A stretch of DNA of 64,000 nucleotides. Origin: Sedimentisphaerales bacterium (GTDB taxonomy: Bacteria > Planctomycetota > Phycisphaerae > Sedimentisphaerales > Anaerobacaceae). The stretch is from positions 5,568,001 to 5,632,000 of the forward strand of contig OY970194.1 of assembly GCA_963708075.1 (NCBI GenBank). Direction: 5' to 3'. Both the position numbers and the translations under genes were made by a program. This document shows positions 1-11,620 of this stretch, piece by piece (the stretch's first letter is position 1; every line of letters begins with the position of its first letter). Under the pieces are notes generated by a model. The model was not told the origin of the DNA. It ran no database searches and saw only the letters and a program-made list of their open reading frames with translations.

Positions 1-2907
1 CAACCGGTGGAATCGGCGTCCAAGACGCGGTACTGGGCAAACGACGCTTTTCCGGCGGCAGGGCAGAAGGCGCGGGCGCCTCGTTCGTCCACGGCTTCCA
101 CGTAGAACTGAGCCAGAGTATGGCGCGGGTATCCGGGGACGACACCGACAAATGTAGGGGCGGGTTTCAAACCCGCCCGTAAAGACGCAACGTCTTGCGC
201 CTCCACCATATTGGTGAATAGCCACTGTCCATTGTCCGGCCGGTACCACAAGATGACCCCAGCGATGCCATCGGGATCGCCGGCTTTGACCGACACCATC
301 ACCGGCTCATTTGACAAAGGCACTGCGCGGCTGTGCTGAAGCTCTGTCAGCGTCGGTCCGATGTTCGCCTGATAGCATGAGTTGCGGCGTCCGGGGGTGC
401 CTGATTTGTCCGGCACGGGAAGGACCGTCGTCCGGGCCAGCCGGTTAAAGAACAGCCGTGTGTGCAGCAGGGGAGAGCCTGTGATCCACTTCGCACGGAA
501 GCGGACCTCGACCTCCCGGCCGTTGCTGACCTGTGCGTTGCCGACGAAGGTGGTCTCCGCGTGGTTGTGCATGTGCTCGGTAGGCCCGGTGGCGACCAGA
601 TGCAGGACCGGATTGCCCGGATCGTTCGGGTCGGCCTGGATGTCGCTGAGGCGATGGCTGCCGATGATCCTCCAGCGGTCCAGCCCGCGCGAGAAGTCGC
701 TGTTTTGCAGCAACTCTTGGGGCTGTCCCGCGGGATTTTCGATGACGTGGATGTCGTCTATGAGGATTTCACCTTCATCCAGAAGCCCCATGACGAATTC
801 ATGATAGATGTTGTCGTTGCCGATCGAACTGGCCTGCACGACGCCGCGATAGGAGAACGACTGCCAGGTCGAGCGGGCCGATTCGTCGCTGGGGCCCCAG
901 GCCGAGGCGCAGTCATTGTCTGCACGCGGATCGCGCAATTCCAGGCTGCTGCCGCCGCCGTCCGCCGCTGCCGGCCAGGTCCCCCCGTCATAGTAGCGCA
1001 CCTGATCGACCGGATTGCCCCTCGCGTCCAGGAGCTTCAGTTCCTCTCCATCGTTGGACAGTCGGCCCTCGAAATCGCCGAGAATCGGGACATCCGGAAA
1101 CAGCCCGGCGAGGTACGCCCGGTCCTTGGCCACGATCAGGTACCCGCCCGCCGGCAGGGAGGTCCTTTGAGGAAATACATAGGAGATTCCCTTGTCGAAC
1201 CTCCAGCCGGAAAGCTCCACCGCCTGCGTCCCTTTGTTGTAAAGCTCGACCCACGTTTTGGACTCGTCGTCTGTGCCGGTGGTCGATGCGGCCTGTGCCC
1301 CCGTGGCTTCCAGTGTGGTCTGAAACAGCAGGTCGGAGCTGGTGCTGCCGGCGTTGTGTCCCTCGATGGCCAGGATGTTAGTGCCGGGCTTCAGACGGGA
1401 TAAGTGAGCCGACACGTTGAAGCTCTGGTAGACTATCGCGTCCATATCATCATGGCCCGCGGTGGCCGGGTCGTTCCAGGCCGGCGAGGCGGACAGGTTG
1501 GCGCCGGCAATGAGCGTGCCGTTGAGAAAGGCCAGAAAGCCGTCGTCGTACCGCATCTTCAGCGTCAATGTCGTCAGCCGGGCGGGATCCGTGACCTCGA
1601 AGGGGATGCGGATATACACGGCATTGGCGAGTCTCAGCATCGCGGCCTGGACATCCGTATTGATGTAGGGCTCATATCCTGAAGTGGTTCTCGTAGCCGA
1701 CGCCGGTGCCCATGCCCTGAATCCAGGCGCGGTCGTCAAACGGCTCGGAGCCGCCGGTCCAGCGTCGTCCCAGGCTGTCATCCTGGGGGACCAGGACCTT
1801 TATCGCGGCCTTCTCGTCCACCAGGAACAAGGCTTGGACCGTGTCGGACTGAGGCGCCCGCAGGGGATGGTACATGATCTCATTGATCACGATATCCACA
1901 CACAGCTCGACTTGATTGGGCTGCCCCGGGGTAGCCAGTGCTGGAGAGACCCATGGACCTGTCCCGGCGGGATGCCGGCCGGTCACCACGCCGGAGACCG
2001 GTACCGCGTCGGATATGCGTCCATCGCCCGAGCCCAGGAAAAGCCGGTCTCCCCGTGTCGGCACGAATCCCAGATCGCTTGACGTAACCACAACATACCC
2101 GCCGGGGGCCAGATTGCTATCTTCGAAGGTGTATACGGAATCGCGCGAGCCTTGCACCTCAATCCAGGCATCCGCCATCGCGACCGCTTCAGTTCCGGCG
2201 TTGACGATCTCCAGAAAGAAGGGGGACTGGCCGTCGGGACAGACTTCGTTGAAGCGCAACGGCCGCAGCGGCGGTGCGGCGTCTGCGAAGTTCGTGGCCC
2301 CGGGCGTGCCATTGGGCTCATCGCTCCAGGTCCAGTGGGACGCTGTCTCGCTCTCGCGCTCCGGATCGATTTTGGCCAGGCTGACGCCGCCGCCATCCGG
2401 CGCGAGGGGCCAATCGCCATCGTCATCGTAGCGGACCCGGTTCATTAGACGCCCGCTGTTATTCTCCAGGCGGATTTCTTCGCCTCCGTTGGAGAGCTGC
2501 CCTTGGAATGGTTCCAGGACCAGTCCCGGGATTCCCTGCAGGTTGCCCTCGATGGACGAGGCGACAACCGCGTAGGAATTGGCGGCAAGAATTGTCCCTT
2601 CGGGGAACACGTACTCGACGGCTCCGGTGAGTGACCAGCCGGATACGTCCACACGGGTCCCCATCTGGTTGTGAAGCTCGATCCATTCCGGCTCGCCGGC
2701 TCGCGGGTGGTACATGATCTCGTTGATCACAACCACGCTGTCCGCACTGAGCACGCCGGGCAGATAGAGTTGGACTGCCAGCGCCAGGAACAGGCCGACG
2801 CAGCCGTGACGGCCGGATGTACGGGCGGGTTTGAAACCCGCCCCTACGGAATGCACAATCGGCGGCAGATGCGAGATTCGAAACTCGGAATTCGATATTT
2901 GACTCAT
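1..2907 (-). CDS. Secreted lamin-tail-domain (LTD) multidomain protein; +1 frameshift near 1690; 3' end runs off the window
   Basis: ORF 1672..2907 has a signal-like segment and VVINEIMYHP/EWIELHN LTD motifs. Removing one base at GAGAACC (~1690) continues into GYEPYINTDVQAAM...LTLKMRYDDGFLAFLNG...TWVELYNKG and appears open to position 1. SD-like AAAGGAGG lies upstream of 2907. Confidence 0.8.
154..206. repeat. Two REP-like palindromes inside the coding sequence
   Basis: GTAGGGGCGGGTTTCAAACCCGCCCGTA (154-181) followed by AAGACGCAACGTCTTGCGCCTCCAC; the first recurs in inverted orientation at 2819-2847. Confidence 0.8.
2819..2847. repeat. GTAG-type REP-like palindrome
   Basis: Reverse complement reads GTAGGGGCGGGTTTCAAACCCGCCCGTAC, matching 154-181. 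Confidence 0.85.
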
Positions 2908-3049
2908 GGCTGCTTCAGCCGTCCTCCTTTACCCGTGCTGCGGAATCTGTCTGTCGCTCTATTGTAGACTATTTGCCTCGACGCTACAATAGGTGACAGC
3001 ACTTGCTTTGCGACAGGCTGACAAGAAACGAGTCCGTGCACCGTGCCAT

Positions 3050-3077
3050 GTAGGGGCGAATAATGATTCGCCCGTAC
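3050..3077. repeat. GTAG-type REP-like palindrome
   Basis: GTAGGGGCGAATAATGATTCGCCCGTAC; stem GGGCGAAT/ATTCGCCC. Confidence 0.75.
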
Positions 3078-3093
3078 TGCGACAGGAGCGGCC

Positions 3094-4008
3094 ATGTGCG
3101 AGCTGTACGAGTTCTACCATTACCTGCCGGTCAGTGACGATGCGATGCACTGGGGCATTTATGTCACCGGCGCCGGCCGGGGCCGGATTCCTGCCGAGCA
3201 AACCTACCCGCCGGTAGGTCACCCTTCCTTGTATCAGTTCGACTGGCAACGGGGGCGCACGTTGCCCGAATTTCAGATCATTTTCGTCACGGAGGGTCGG
3301 GGGGTGTTCGAGTCCGAGCCCACGGGCGAAAGGACCATCGATCCCAATACGGTGATTCTCCTGTTCCCCGGCGTCTGGCATCGATATCGTCCTGATCCGG
3401 CCACCGGCTGGGTGGAGCGGTGGATATCCCTGAATGGCGAGATGGCTCATCGGCTGGCAGATCAACGACTGGTGTCGCCCGGCCGGGCCGTCCATGCACT
3501 GCCCGACCCGCTGCAACTCATGCATCAGTTCGACCGCTTGCTCGATCGCATTCACGGCAAGCCCACCCAGAACTCTATCGCATTGTCCCTTCGTTCCATG
3601 GATCTGCTTGCCGAGGTGATCGAGCAGACTGATGCAGGGGCAGGCTTGAAACCCTCGCGTGCGCAGCAGGTCCACATGGCTGAGGACCCCTTGGTTGCCC
3701 AGGTCCTCGACCTGATCTGGACCCATAGCCATCGTCCGTTGTCTGTGGAGCAACTTGTCAGCAACCTGGCGGTGACCCGGCGGACGTTGGAGCGGCGGTT
3801 CGCCCTGGAACGGAACCACTCCATGCGGGATGAGATCAACCTGTGCCGGGTCAATCGGGCAAAGCGCCTGCTGAGTGAGACGGACCTGCCCGTCAAAACC
3901 GTGGCCTACCTGGCCGGATTCACCTGCCAGGAACGGATGCGGGTTACTTTCCTGAACCACGAAGACTGTTCACCGGCTGAATACCGCCGGCGGTCCGGAA
4001 AACGATAG
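3094..4008 (+). CDS. AraC family transcriptional regulator
   Basis: N-terminal cupin-like ligand domain ([12 protein letters not shown]) and C-terminal double HTH ([29 protein letters not shown]...SPAEYRR). Confidence 0.92.
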   Translation: MCELYEFYHYLPVSDDAMHWGIYVTGAGRGRIPAEQTYPPVGHPSLYQFDWQRGRTLPEFQIIFVTEGRGVFESEPTGERTIDPNTVILLFPGVWHRYRPDPATGWVERWISLNGEMAHRLADQRLVSPGRAVHALPDPLQLMHQFDRLLDRIHGKPTQNSIALSLRSMDLLAEVIEQTDAGAGLKPSRAQQVHMAEDPLVAQVLDLIWTHSHRPLSVEQLVSNLAVTRRTLERRFALERNHSMRDEINLCRVNRAKRLLSETDLPVKTVAYLAGFTCQERMRVTFLNHEDCSPAEYRRRSGKR

Positions 4009-4096
4009 GAATGTCGCAAAACAAGGGTATGTTCGCTCCCCGCTGCGGATCATCCGAGGTATAATGATGGGAATTCAATGGGAGGACGGAGCTCGT

Positions 4097-4882
4097 ATGG
4101 ACAGAACAAGCAAGCTGTGGCGCGGTTTCACGCTCATCGAGCTGTTGGTGGTCATCGCCATCATCGCCATCCTCATGGCCATTCTCATGCCGTCCCTGAC
4201 CCGGGCCAGGGAACAGGGCAAACGGATGGTCTGCATGAACAACACGAAGACCCTCGCCTTGGGGTGGATGATATATTGCGAGGAGCACGCCGGCAATATG
4301 CCGAAGGGCGATGCGAACGATACGACCGGCTGGATCCTCAACCTTGGCGCCAACAAGCCCGTGGAAGCACCGCGAGAGACCCAGTTGGAAGCGATCCGGC
4401 GCGGGCAACTCTTCAAGTACGTCCCGGATCTCAAGGTGTACCGCTGTCCGGTAGCGAAGAAGCATGAGATGCGAACGTACAGTTGTACCCATGCGATGAA
4501 CGGCGCCAGGCGTGCCGACGGTCGCAGCTTTGATGGCGGCCCCTTGCTCAGGAACATGTACAAAATCAAGCAGCCGGCCATGCGGTTCGTCTTTATCGAT
4601 GATTTCGGCGAGGACTGGGATGCGGCGTGGGCGGTTTGCTGGAGCCGGCCTTCGTGGTGGAATCCGGTTCCCGCTCGGCACGGCGCCGGCACGACCCTGG
4701 CGATGGCCGACGGGCACTCCGAGTGGTGGGCCTGGAAGGACCAGCGCACCATCGAGCTGATGGAGAAGTGGGATTGGGACCGCCTGGGGGACAATCTCCA
4801 GATTCAGCAGCAGGGGAATCCCGATTTGATGCTGATCCAGAAAGCGGCGTGGGGCGAATTGGGCTACACGTACCAGCCTTGA
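4097..4882 (+). CDS. Prepilin-type N-terminal cleavage/methylation protein with H-X9-DG motif
   Basis: [25 protein letters not shown] at the N-terminus; [14 protein letters not shown] is H-X9-DG. Start placed at ATG 4097 after GGAG-rich sequence. Confidence 0.92.
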   Translation: MDRTSKLWRGFTLIELLVVIAIIAILMAILMPSLTRAREQGKRMVCMNNTKTLALGWMIYCEEHAGNMPKGDANDTTGWILNLGANKPVEAPRETQLEAIRRGQLFKYVPDLKVYRCPVAKKHEMRTYSCTHAMNGARRADGRSFDGGPLLRNMYKIKQPAMRFVFIDDFGEDWDAAWAVCWSRPSWWNPVPARHGAGTTLAMADGHSEWWAWKDQRTIELMEKWDWDRLGDNLQIQQQGNPDLMLIQKAAWGELGYTYQP

Positions 4883-4931
4883 TACTGAGCTATCCGCAAC
4901 GGGTGGCGGCAGGGTGTGTCATTGACGGGGG

Positions 4932-6560
4932 TCAACTGTCTCCGGCGGGCGCGGGCTGCAGTTGGACATTGCCGCGGCCGAGCAGGGTGCCGGTGGCGAG
5001 AGCCACCTGCACTTGGGCGACTTCGTACTCGACGAACGCGCGAATCCGTCGCAACTGGGCATCGGCAAGTCGCGAGGCGGCGAACAGCACATCGGTGCTC
5101 GTGCGAAAACCGAGCTGGAATTGCTGTTGCTCGACCTGATAGTCGCGATAGGCTGTGACTGCCCCTTGCTCGGCGGCCAGGATGCGCCGCCAGTTCTGCT
5201 CCAGCCCGTCGACGCTCTCATAGACGTCCTGCCGCACCAGTTGCTCGATTCTCTCCCGATCCACCTGATTCCTGACTCGCGCAAGCCGGACCTGCCGCAG
5301 TCGAGCCTGGGCCGCACGGTTGCCCAGCGGCACGACCGCCGACACGCCAACCGAATGGTCCTCGGCGGGTCTGTCGAAAACATTGTCAAAGGCGCGGCGG
5401 GTCGTGCCTGCCTGTCCCGCTGCGGCGTACGTATAATCGAGGTCCAACCGGGGCAGCGTGTCGTTCCTGGCCAGTTCCACGTCAAGGTCATTGATGGCCA
5501 GACGCAGCTCCAATTGGATCATCTCCATCCGGTTGTTGAGGGCTTCCGCCGTCAACGTCTCCGCGTTCAGGTCCAGGCCCCTGGGATCGGGGTCCGTCAA
5601 CGGGATAATCCCCGCCTCGGAATTCAGGGGCATGTCCTTGCGGTTCATGATTCGCCTGAGGTCCCGCTCGCGGTCGCGGACGGCCGTCTCGGCCGAGATC
5701 ACATCCTCCATGCGGCCCGACAAGCCGGCTTCCGCCCGCACGATCTCGAACTTCGGCGCCGAGCCCGCCGCCACCTTGTTGCGGGCGTGGCGCAGTTGGT
5801 CCTGGGCCAACTTGTATTGCTCGCGCCGGACGTCCAGCTCCTTGCGCGCCGCGTAGAGTTGCCAGTAGGCGCCATCGACATTGGCCAGAATGTCTATCGC
5901 GGCCAGCTTCGTGCCGGCGTCCACGATTCCCTTCGCGTACGTGGCGATTCGAATGGACTGGGTATTCACCCGCGTTCCCGCCCCCCGCAGCAGCGACTGG
6001 ATGACCGAGACGCTGACGGCGGCCTCGGACACACCGGAATCATCCTTGCCAAACGGCACGCGCGCTGTGATCAGTGTCCCCGTGGGCAGGGGCTTCGCGA
6101 TGGCGGCTTCGTATTCCCGGTTGTAGGATCGATCGCCGCCGGGCGTAAGGTCGGCCTCGCTGTACCGTGCCGAGCCGAGGAAGACCGCCTCGAACTTCGC
6201 GCGTTCGATATCCACAGTCTGCTGGGCAATCGCCGGGTCCATCAGCTCGACCTTCAGGTCCAGGTTATTGGCCAGCGCCGCCGCGCGGACCTCCTCCAAT
6301 GTCAGTTCCACGGTCGGCCGTGTCTGGTTGGGCTCGGTCACGTCCTTCGCCAATTGCTCAGTAGCCTCCTTGATGGTGACCGGCGCGGACTGCGACTGCT
6401 CCTCGAGCCGGACGGTCTCAATCCGGTTCAACTTCTCTGCCATCGCTTTCAGATCGGGCTCGCGCGCCCTCTGCGATTGCGAGCAACCCATGATGCCGAG
6501 CGTCAGGAGCAGCAAGGCGGCCCATGTCTCAAAGTCTTGGACTGTCGTACAGTCTTTCAT
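4932..6560 (-). CDS. TolC-family outer-membrane efflux lipoprotein
   Basis: Lipobox-like LGIMGC; LTLEEVRAAALANNLDL and two OEP-like repeats; last gene of the ABC operon. Confidence 0.9.
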   Translation of the reverse strand: MKDCTTVQDFETWAALLLLTLGIMGCSQSQRAREPDLKAMAEKLNRIETVRLEEQSQSAPVTIKEATEQLAKDVTEPNQTRPTVELTLEEVRAAALANNLDLKVELMDPAIAQQTVDIERAKFEAVFLGSARYSEADLTPGGDRSYNREYEAAIAKPLPTGTLITARVPFGKDDSGVSEAAVSVSVIQSLLRGAGTRVNTQSIRIATYAKGIVDAGTKLAAIDILANVDGAYWQLYAARKELDVRREQYKLAQDQLRHARNKVAAGSAPKFEIVRAEAGLSGRMEDVISAETAVRDRERDLRRIMNRKDMPLNSEAGIIPLTDPDPRGLDLNAETLTAEALNNRMEMIQLELRLAINDLDVELARNDTLPRLDLDYTYAAAGQAGTTRRAFDNVFDRPAEDHSVGVSAVVPLGNRAAQARLRQVRLARVRNQVDRERIEQLVRQDVYESVDGLEQNWRRILAAEQGAVTAYRDYQVEQQQFQLGFRTSTDVLFAASRLADAQLRRIRAFVEYEVAQVQVALATGTLLGRGNVQLQPAPAGDS

Positions 6561-6568
6561 AATGTCAC

Positions 6569-9026
6569 CTATTCATATCTCAGCGCCGTCATAGGATCGA
6601 TCCTTGCAGCCCGGTGCGCGGGAAGATAGCTGGCTACTATTGCCACGAGGAATGTGGTTGCCGCCGCGGCCGCGATAATCCATGGGTCATGCGGGCTGAT
6701 CTCGTAAAGGAGACTCCGCAGGAACCGGCCTATCGCTAGTGCGCCTGCAACCCCCATGAACAGGCCGGCCGCGACCGGCGTCATCCCCTGCCGCAGAACC
6801 ATGCCGTAGAGGTGCCGGGGCAGCGCTCCGAACGCCGCGCGAATGCCGATCTCTCTCGTCCGCCGCGTTACGGAGCAGGATACGACCCCGTAAATGCCCA
6901 GGCCGGAAAGCACAAGGGCGCACCCGGCAAATGTGGAAGCCAGGAGCGTCTGGAACCGTCGCGGTGACACGGATTCCGCCAGCAACTCGCTCACGGTGCG
7001 CATCCTCGCGATCGGCACATCGGGGTCTACGCTGTGAACGGCCTCACGAACGGAGCCGGTAATCGATAAGCCATCGCTCATGGGCCGGGCCACGACGACC
7101 ATGGAAAGCACATTGAAGGCCGATGCCCCCTCCCAATAGGGGCGGTAGACCATAGTCACGAGTTGTTTGTCCACGTTCGCGCGCACATCCCCCACGACGC
7201 CGATCACTTCGAAGATCTCCTTTTCACTTCGCGCAAAGCTCCGTCCCAGCGGGTCCTGTCCCGGCCAGAGAGTCTGTGCGACTCGCTCGGAGATGACTGC
7301 GACCCGATGGGTCCGGTCGGTTCTCGTTGAACGTGCGGCCGGACAGGAGCGAGATGCCCATCGTGCGGAAATAATCGCTGCTGATGAACCGCACGTTGGC
7401 CATGGGACGCTCAAGAGGCGGACGGGAATCCCCGGGCAGAAATGCACCGTCGACACAGGTTTCGCCTTGGAGCGGCAGCGCGCTGACAATCGCCGCTGAA
7501 TGGATTCCGGGCGAAGCGGACAGGGATTCGAGCAGCCGCTGATAGAACTGATAGACTTGCTCCACCTTGCCGTACCTGCCGGCGGGCAGCGTGATTTCGC
7601 TGGCGAGCACCGTCGGAGCGTGGAAACCCTTATCCGCCTGGATCACTCGCGAGAAGCTGCCCAACAGAAGTCCCGCCGCAATCAGGAGCATAACCCCGAG
7701 GGACACCTGGGTGGCGACAAATATGTTGCGCAGATGAACTGCACGGATCGTGGCAGTGGTGCGTCTGCCTGTCGTAAGCACATGCTCCCCCCGGCTTTGC
7801 GCCATGCGCCACGCAGGCAACACACCAAACAGCAGCGACGTGGTCACGGTCAAGGCCAGGGCGAAGAGCAGGACGCGCCCATCGATGCGGGCCTCATCCA
7901 GCCGGGGTGTATCCGCCGGCGAGAGGGCGATCAGGGTGTCCAATCCCATTGCGGCGATCGCCACTCCAAAGAGCGTGCCCAAAGCTGCCAAAAGCAGTGC
8001 TTCGACCAGAGCCTGGCGGAGCAGTTGCGCGCGGCTTGCTCCCAGTGCGATTCGGACTGCCGAGTCGAGGCTGCGGCGTTCCGCCCGCACAAGATTGAGG
8101 ATCGCGAGGTTCAGGCAGGCGATGAGCAGCACCGAGCCGATCGCGCCCAACAGGATCGACAGGCCGCGCTCGGACCTTTCCACGATCGCCTCTTTCAGCG
8201 GCTTAACCGCGGCACGCAGGCCCACGTTCTCGCCCGCCATCTTCTCAAGCTGCGGCGCAATCCCGTTCAGCTCCGCCAGCGCTTGCTCGCTCGTGACGCC
8301 CTCCTTCAGACGCGCGATGACGCCATAGTTGAACATGCCCATCAACTCATTTTGCTCCGGACCCGAAAACACCTTGGGTGTGAATACCTGCGGCTCCGCG
8401 CCGGCGGCCACCCAGAGCACTCCGATCTCGTTCGCCGTTGGGAACCGGAATCGCGCCGGCAGCACGCCGATCACCGCATAGACTTCGTTGTCCAGCGTGA
8501 CCGATGTGCCGATGATCGAAGGGTCGGCATGGAACCTTCGCCGCCACAGTCTGTCGCTGACAACCACCACATGGTGCTGCGCGTCAGTTTCCTCTTGGGC
8601 CGCGAAAGTCCGTCCCAGTGCCGGCCGCACCGCAAGCGTCTCGAACACATTGGCCGAGACTTGCAGCGATGCGAGGGACTCAGGCTCACCGTTTCCAGTC
8701 AGCGTCATGGGGCCCGATCCGAACAGAGAGATGACAGACAGGTTCTCAAAGGATGAGCATCTCTGCCGCCATTCCATGAAGTGCCGGGCATTGACCGGAA
8801 ACAGGGGATACTTGTCCGCGAGGGCGGGAATGATTTCATGCAGACAGACGAGCCGACCCGGCTGTGGGTACGCCAGCGGCCGCAGCAGCACGGCGTTGAC
8901 AATCGAGAACACCGCCGTGGTAGCGCCGATCCCGAGCGCCAGAGTCAATACAGCCACCGCCGTAAACCCGGGACTTCGCACCAGCATCCGAAAGCCGTAC
9001 TTGATGTCTTGCCATAGAGTATCCAT
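6569..9026 (-). CDS. ABC permease, duplicated MacB/FtsX (ADOP-like); +1 frameshift near 7320
   Basis: ORFs 7224..9026 and 6569..7489 join into 818 aa if one base is removed at GAGAACC (GRTFNE-DRTHRVAVIS). Termini MDTLWQDIKYGFRML and PAHRAARIDPMTALRYE. Confidence 0.9.
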
Positions 9027-9063
9027 TTGGCTCTCCTACTCATATTCTCGTGCTGGACACCGT

Positions 9064-9080
9064 TGCAAAGGGTATGCCAG
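9064..9080 (-). promoter_or_regulatory. Sigma-54 (-24/-12) promoter
   Basis: Minus strand CTGGCATACCCTTTGCA = TGGCA..TTGCA with exact GG-N10-GC spacing, ~40 bp upstream of the permease start at 9026. Confidence 0.8.
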
Positions 9081-9148
9081 ACGAGGTGCCCTTGTGATGC
9101 TCCGGAGGCGCTTTCCGGCACACCAGGTGCGGTCGGCATTGTCGCCGG

Positions 9149-9184
9149 TGTCCGATCTTGCGTCGGTGCGCCCGGATTTGGACA
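9149..9184. promoter_or_regulatory. Putative enhancer (bEBP-binding UAS)
   Basis: TGTCCGATCTTGCGTCGGTGCGCCCGGATTTGGACA, colinear with 30222-30257 and bounded by TGTCC/GGACA. Confidence 0.6.
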
Positions 9185-9209
9185 GTCGCGGGCGACCCGT
9201 CTATCCTTT

Positions 9210-11609
9210 CTATTCGCACCGAAGGGCGGTCATGGGATCGATCCTCGCCGCCCGTCGGGCGGGGAGATAACTGGCCAACAACGTCACAGCCGCCAACAGG
9301 GCCGAGACACCGACAAAAGTGGCCGGATCGGCGGGGCTGATGCCGAAGAGAAAGGAGGCCAGGATGCGACTGAGCGCGAAAGCTCCTGCCAGTCCGATCA
9401 ACAGCCCGATCCCTATCAGGAGCAGACTTTGTCGGAGCATTTGACGGATGATATCCTTCTGACGCGCGCCCAGGACCAGACGGATTCCTGCTTCCTGGGT
9501 GCGTTGGCTGACGGAGTAGGCCACCACCCCATACGTCCCGCCTACCGCCAGTATCCCGGCCGCTGCGGCGAAGATGCCGAATATCCAGGAGTACATGCGC
9601 CGAAAGTGCAGGTCCTCATCCACCAGGGAAGACATCGTTGTGAAAGCAGGGACCGGCACAGTCGGGTCGGCCTCTTTGACGATCTGACGGATGAAATTCA
9701 CAAGGCCAAGGGGGGGATTCGACGTGTATACGACCACGCTCATAATACTTCTGCCGCACGTTCGGGGGGCATAAGGCATATAGAGTTCCATGCAGGTTGT
9801 CTGATCCAGACCCTCATGCCTGACGTCCTGCGCCACCCCCACAACGTGGAACCACGTGTCCTTTTCATCCACGCGTCGAAGCCGCTTGCCGATCGGATCT
9901 GCCGTGGGCCAGTAGTACCTGGCCAGACTCTCGCTCACAATCACGGCTATGTCTCCGCGGGGCGGGACGTCCTGATCCGTGAAGGCCCGTCCCACCATGA
10001 GCCTTACTGCCATCGTCGCAAAGTAATCGGGAGAAACCGTGTGCCTGAGAATTCCGGGCTCCCGGCCCGGATCTACCTGGCGGCCGCCCTCGGCAATCAT
10101 CCGTTCGCTTTCGCCTCCACCTTTCAGGGGCGGCGAGTAGATCAGGGCCACGTTCTTGACGCCGGGTAGTGCTCGGACTCTCTCGACGTGGTCCTGGAAG
10201 AAGGCGTGCCATTGTTCCCTGTCCTGGTGGCGGGACGCGGCGGTAAGGGTATATACGAGAATGTCCCGCGTACGAAAACCGGGGTCTACCCGCTGCACGG
10301 TGAGGAGCGTCCGCCCCAGCAGGCCGGCGCCGATCAAGAGAGTCAGGGCCAAGGAGATCTCCCCGGCGGCGAGGGCATGCAAAATTCTGCGTTGCGCGCG
10401 AGGCGCTGTGGTCCGCAAGCCGCCGGCTTGGAGCAAGCCGTGGAGATGTCTGTTCCCTCCCGCGTGCCAAGCCGGCAGCAGGCCGGACAGCACAGCCGTC
10501 CCCACGATAATGCCCACACAGAAGAGCAGGAATCTGGCATCCAAGGCAAAGGACACCCAGGCTGGGATCTGATCGGACAACAGGGCCAGCAGCGCGTCGA
10601 GGGTCCACTGGCTCAGCAGGAGCCCCGCAGCCGCACCGAGTACGGATAATACTAAGCTCTCGACCAGTACCTGCCACATGATCTGTGTCCGCGTGGCGCC
10701 CAGGGCGGCCCGAATCCCCATCTCCCGACCGCGCTGGACGCCCCGGGCCAGCAACAGGCCGCTCACGTTGCAGCAGGCGATGAGCAGCAGCACGCCTACG
10801 GCTCCCATGAAGATCGTGGTAATGGGGCGATACCGGCCGAGAAAGCAGGTATGAGCCGGGGTCACACTCAATTGGGCATCGTCCGCGTCAGGCCAAGCCC
10901 TCGTTGCGACATTATCCAGGCGGAGCAAATCCTGCCGGGCCTGTTCACGCGTGATCCCCGGCCTCAAGCGGCCTAGCACCAGCAAATGGAATTTCTCGGC
11001 ATTGCCTGCCAGGGGGACCCATAAGTCGTGCTTGTCGGGAAAGGCGGCGTCTCGCGGCAGGACCCCGACGATGGTGTGCACCTTGTCGTTCAATTGCATG
11101 GCCTGCCCCACAACGTCGCGGGCGCCGCCCCACGAGCGTTGCCAGAAATCGAAACCCAGCATGGCCACCGGCGGCGCTCCGAGGCGGTCCTCCTCGGCGG
11201 TGAAGCATCGTCCCAGCACCGGCTGGATGCCGAACAGGTCAAAGGCATCATATGTGGTGTGGAACACGGCAATGCTCTCGGCCTGGCCATTCAGCAACAG
11301 AGTGTCGGGTCTGCCCCACATGAACGCCGCCATGACTTCGAAGGCCGAATTGTGCTCCCGCCAGAGAGTCAAGTCCGCATAGGTGATGGACAACTCGGCA
11401 TTCTGCTGAGGAGCCCGCTGAGCCAACTGCACGACCCGCCGAGCGTGTGGGATCGGCAGCGGTCGTAATAGTAGAGCGTTGCACATGCTGAACACGGTGG
11501 CGCTGCCGGCAACGCCGATGGCCAGGATGCCTGCGGTCATGAGCGTGAGCAGTGGCTGCTTAGCCAACGTCCGGCATGCCTGTCTTATGCTGCTGCATAG
11601 TGTCATCAT
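9210..11609 (-). CDS. ABC permease, duplicated MacB/FtsX (ADOP-like)
   Basis: 799 aa; LLIACCNVSGLLLARG, REMGIRAALGA, C-terminus PARRAARIDPMTALRCE. Confidence 0.92.
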   Translation of the reverse strand: MMTLCSSIRQACRTLAKQPLLTLMTAGILAIGVAGSATVFSMCNALLLRPLPIPHARRVVQLAQRAPQQNAELSITYADLTLWREHNSAFEVMAAFMWGRPDTLLLNGQAESIAVFHTTYDAFDLFGIQPVLGRCFTAEEDRLGAPPVAMLGFDFWQRSWGGARDVVGQAMQLNDKVHTIVGVLPRDAAFPDKHDLWVPLAGNAEKFHLLVLGRLRPGITREQARQDLLRLDNVATRAWPDADDAQLSVTPAHTCFLGRYRPITTIFMGAVGVLLLIACCNVSGLLLARGVQRGREMGIRAALGATRTQIMWQVLVESLVLSVLGAAAGLLLSQWTLDALLALLSDQIPAWVSFALDARFLLFCVGIIVGTAVLSGLLPAWHAGGNRHLHGLLQAGGLRTTAPRAQRRILHALAAGEISLALTLLIGAGLLGRTLLTVQRVDPGFRTRDILVYTLTAASRHQDREQWHAFFQDHVERVRALPGVKNVALIYSPPLKGGGESERMIAEGGRQVDPGREPGILRHTVSPDYFATMAVRLMVGRAFTDQDVPPRGDIAVIVSESLARYYWPTADPIGKRLRRVDEKDTWFHVVGVAQDVRHEGLDQTTCMELYMPYAPRTCGRSIMSVVVYTSNPPLGLVNFIRQIVKEADPTVPVPAFTTMSSLVDEDLHFRRMYSWIFGIFAAAAGILAVGGTYGVVAYSVSQRTQEAGIRLVLGARQKDIIRQMLRQSLLLIGIGLLIGLAGAFALSRILASFLFGISPADPATFVGVSALLAAVTLLASYLPARRAARIDPMTALRCE

Positions 11610-11620
11610 GGCGACGACTC

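Noticed and set aside
1686..7328. Programmed ribosomal frameshifting at ACGAGAACC
   Set aside because: Not a known slippery sequence, and the same 9-mer is read in frame in two intact ATPase genes.
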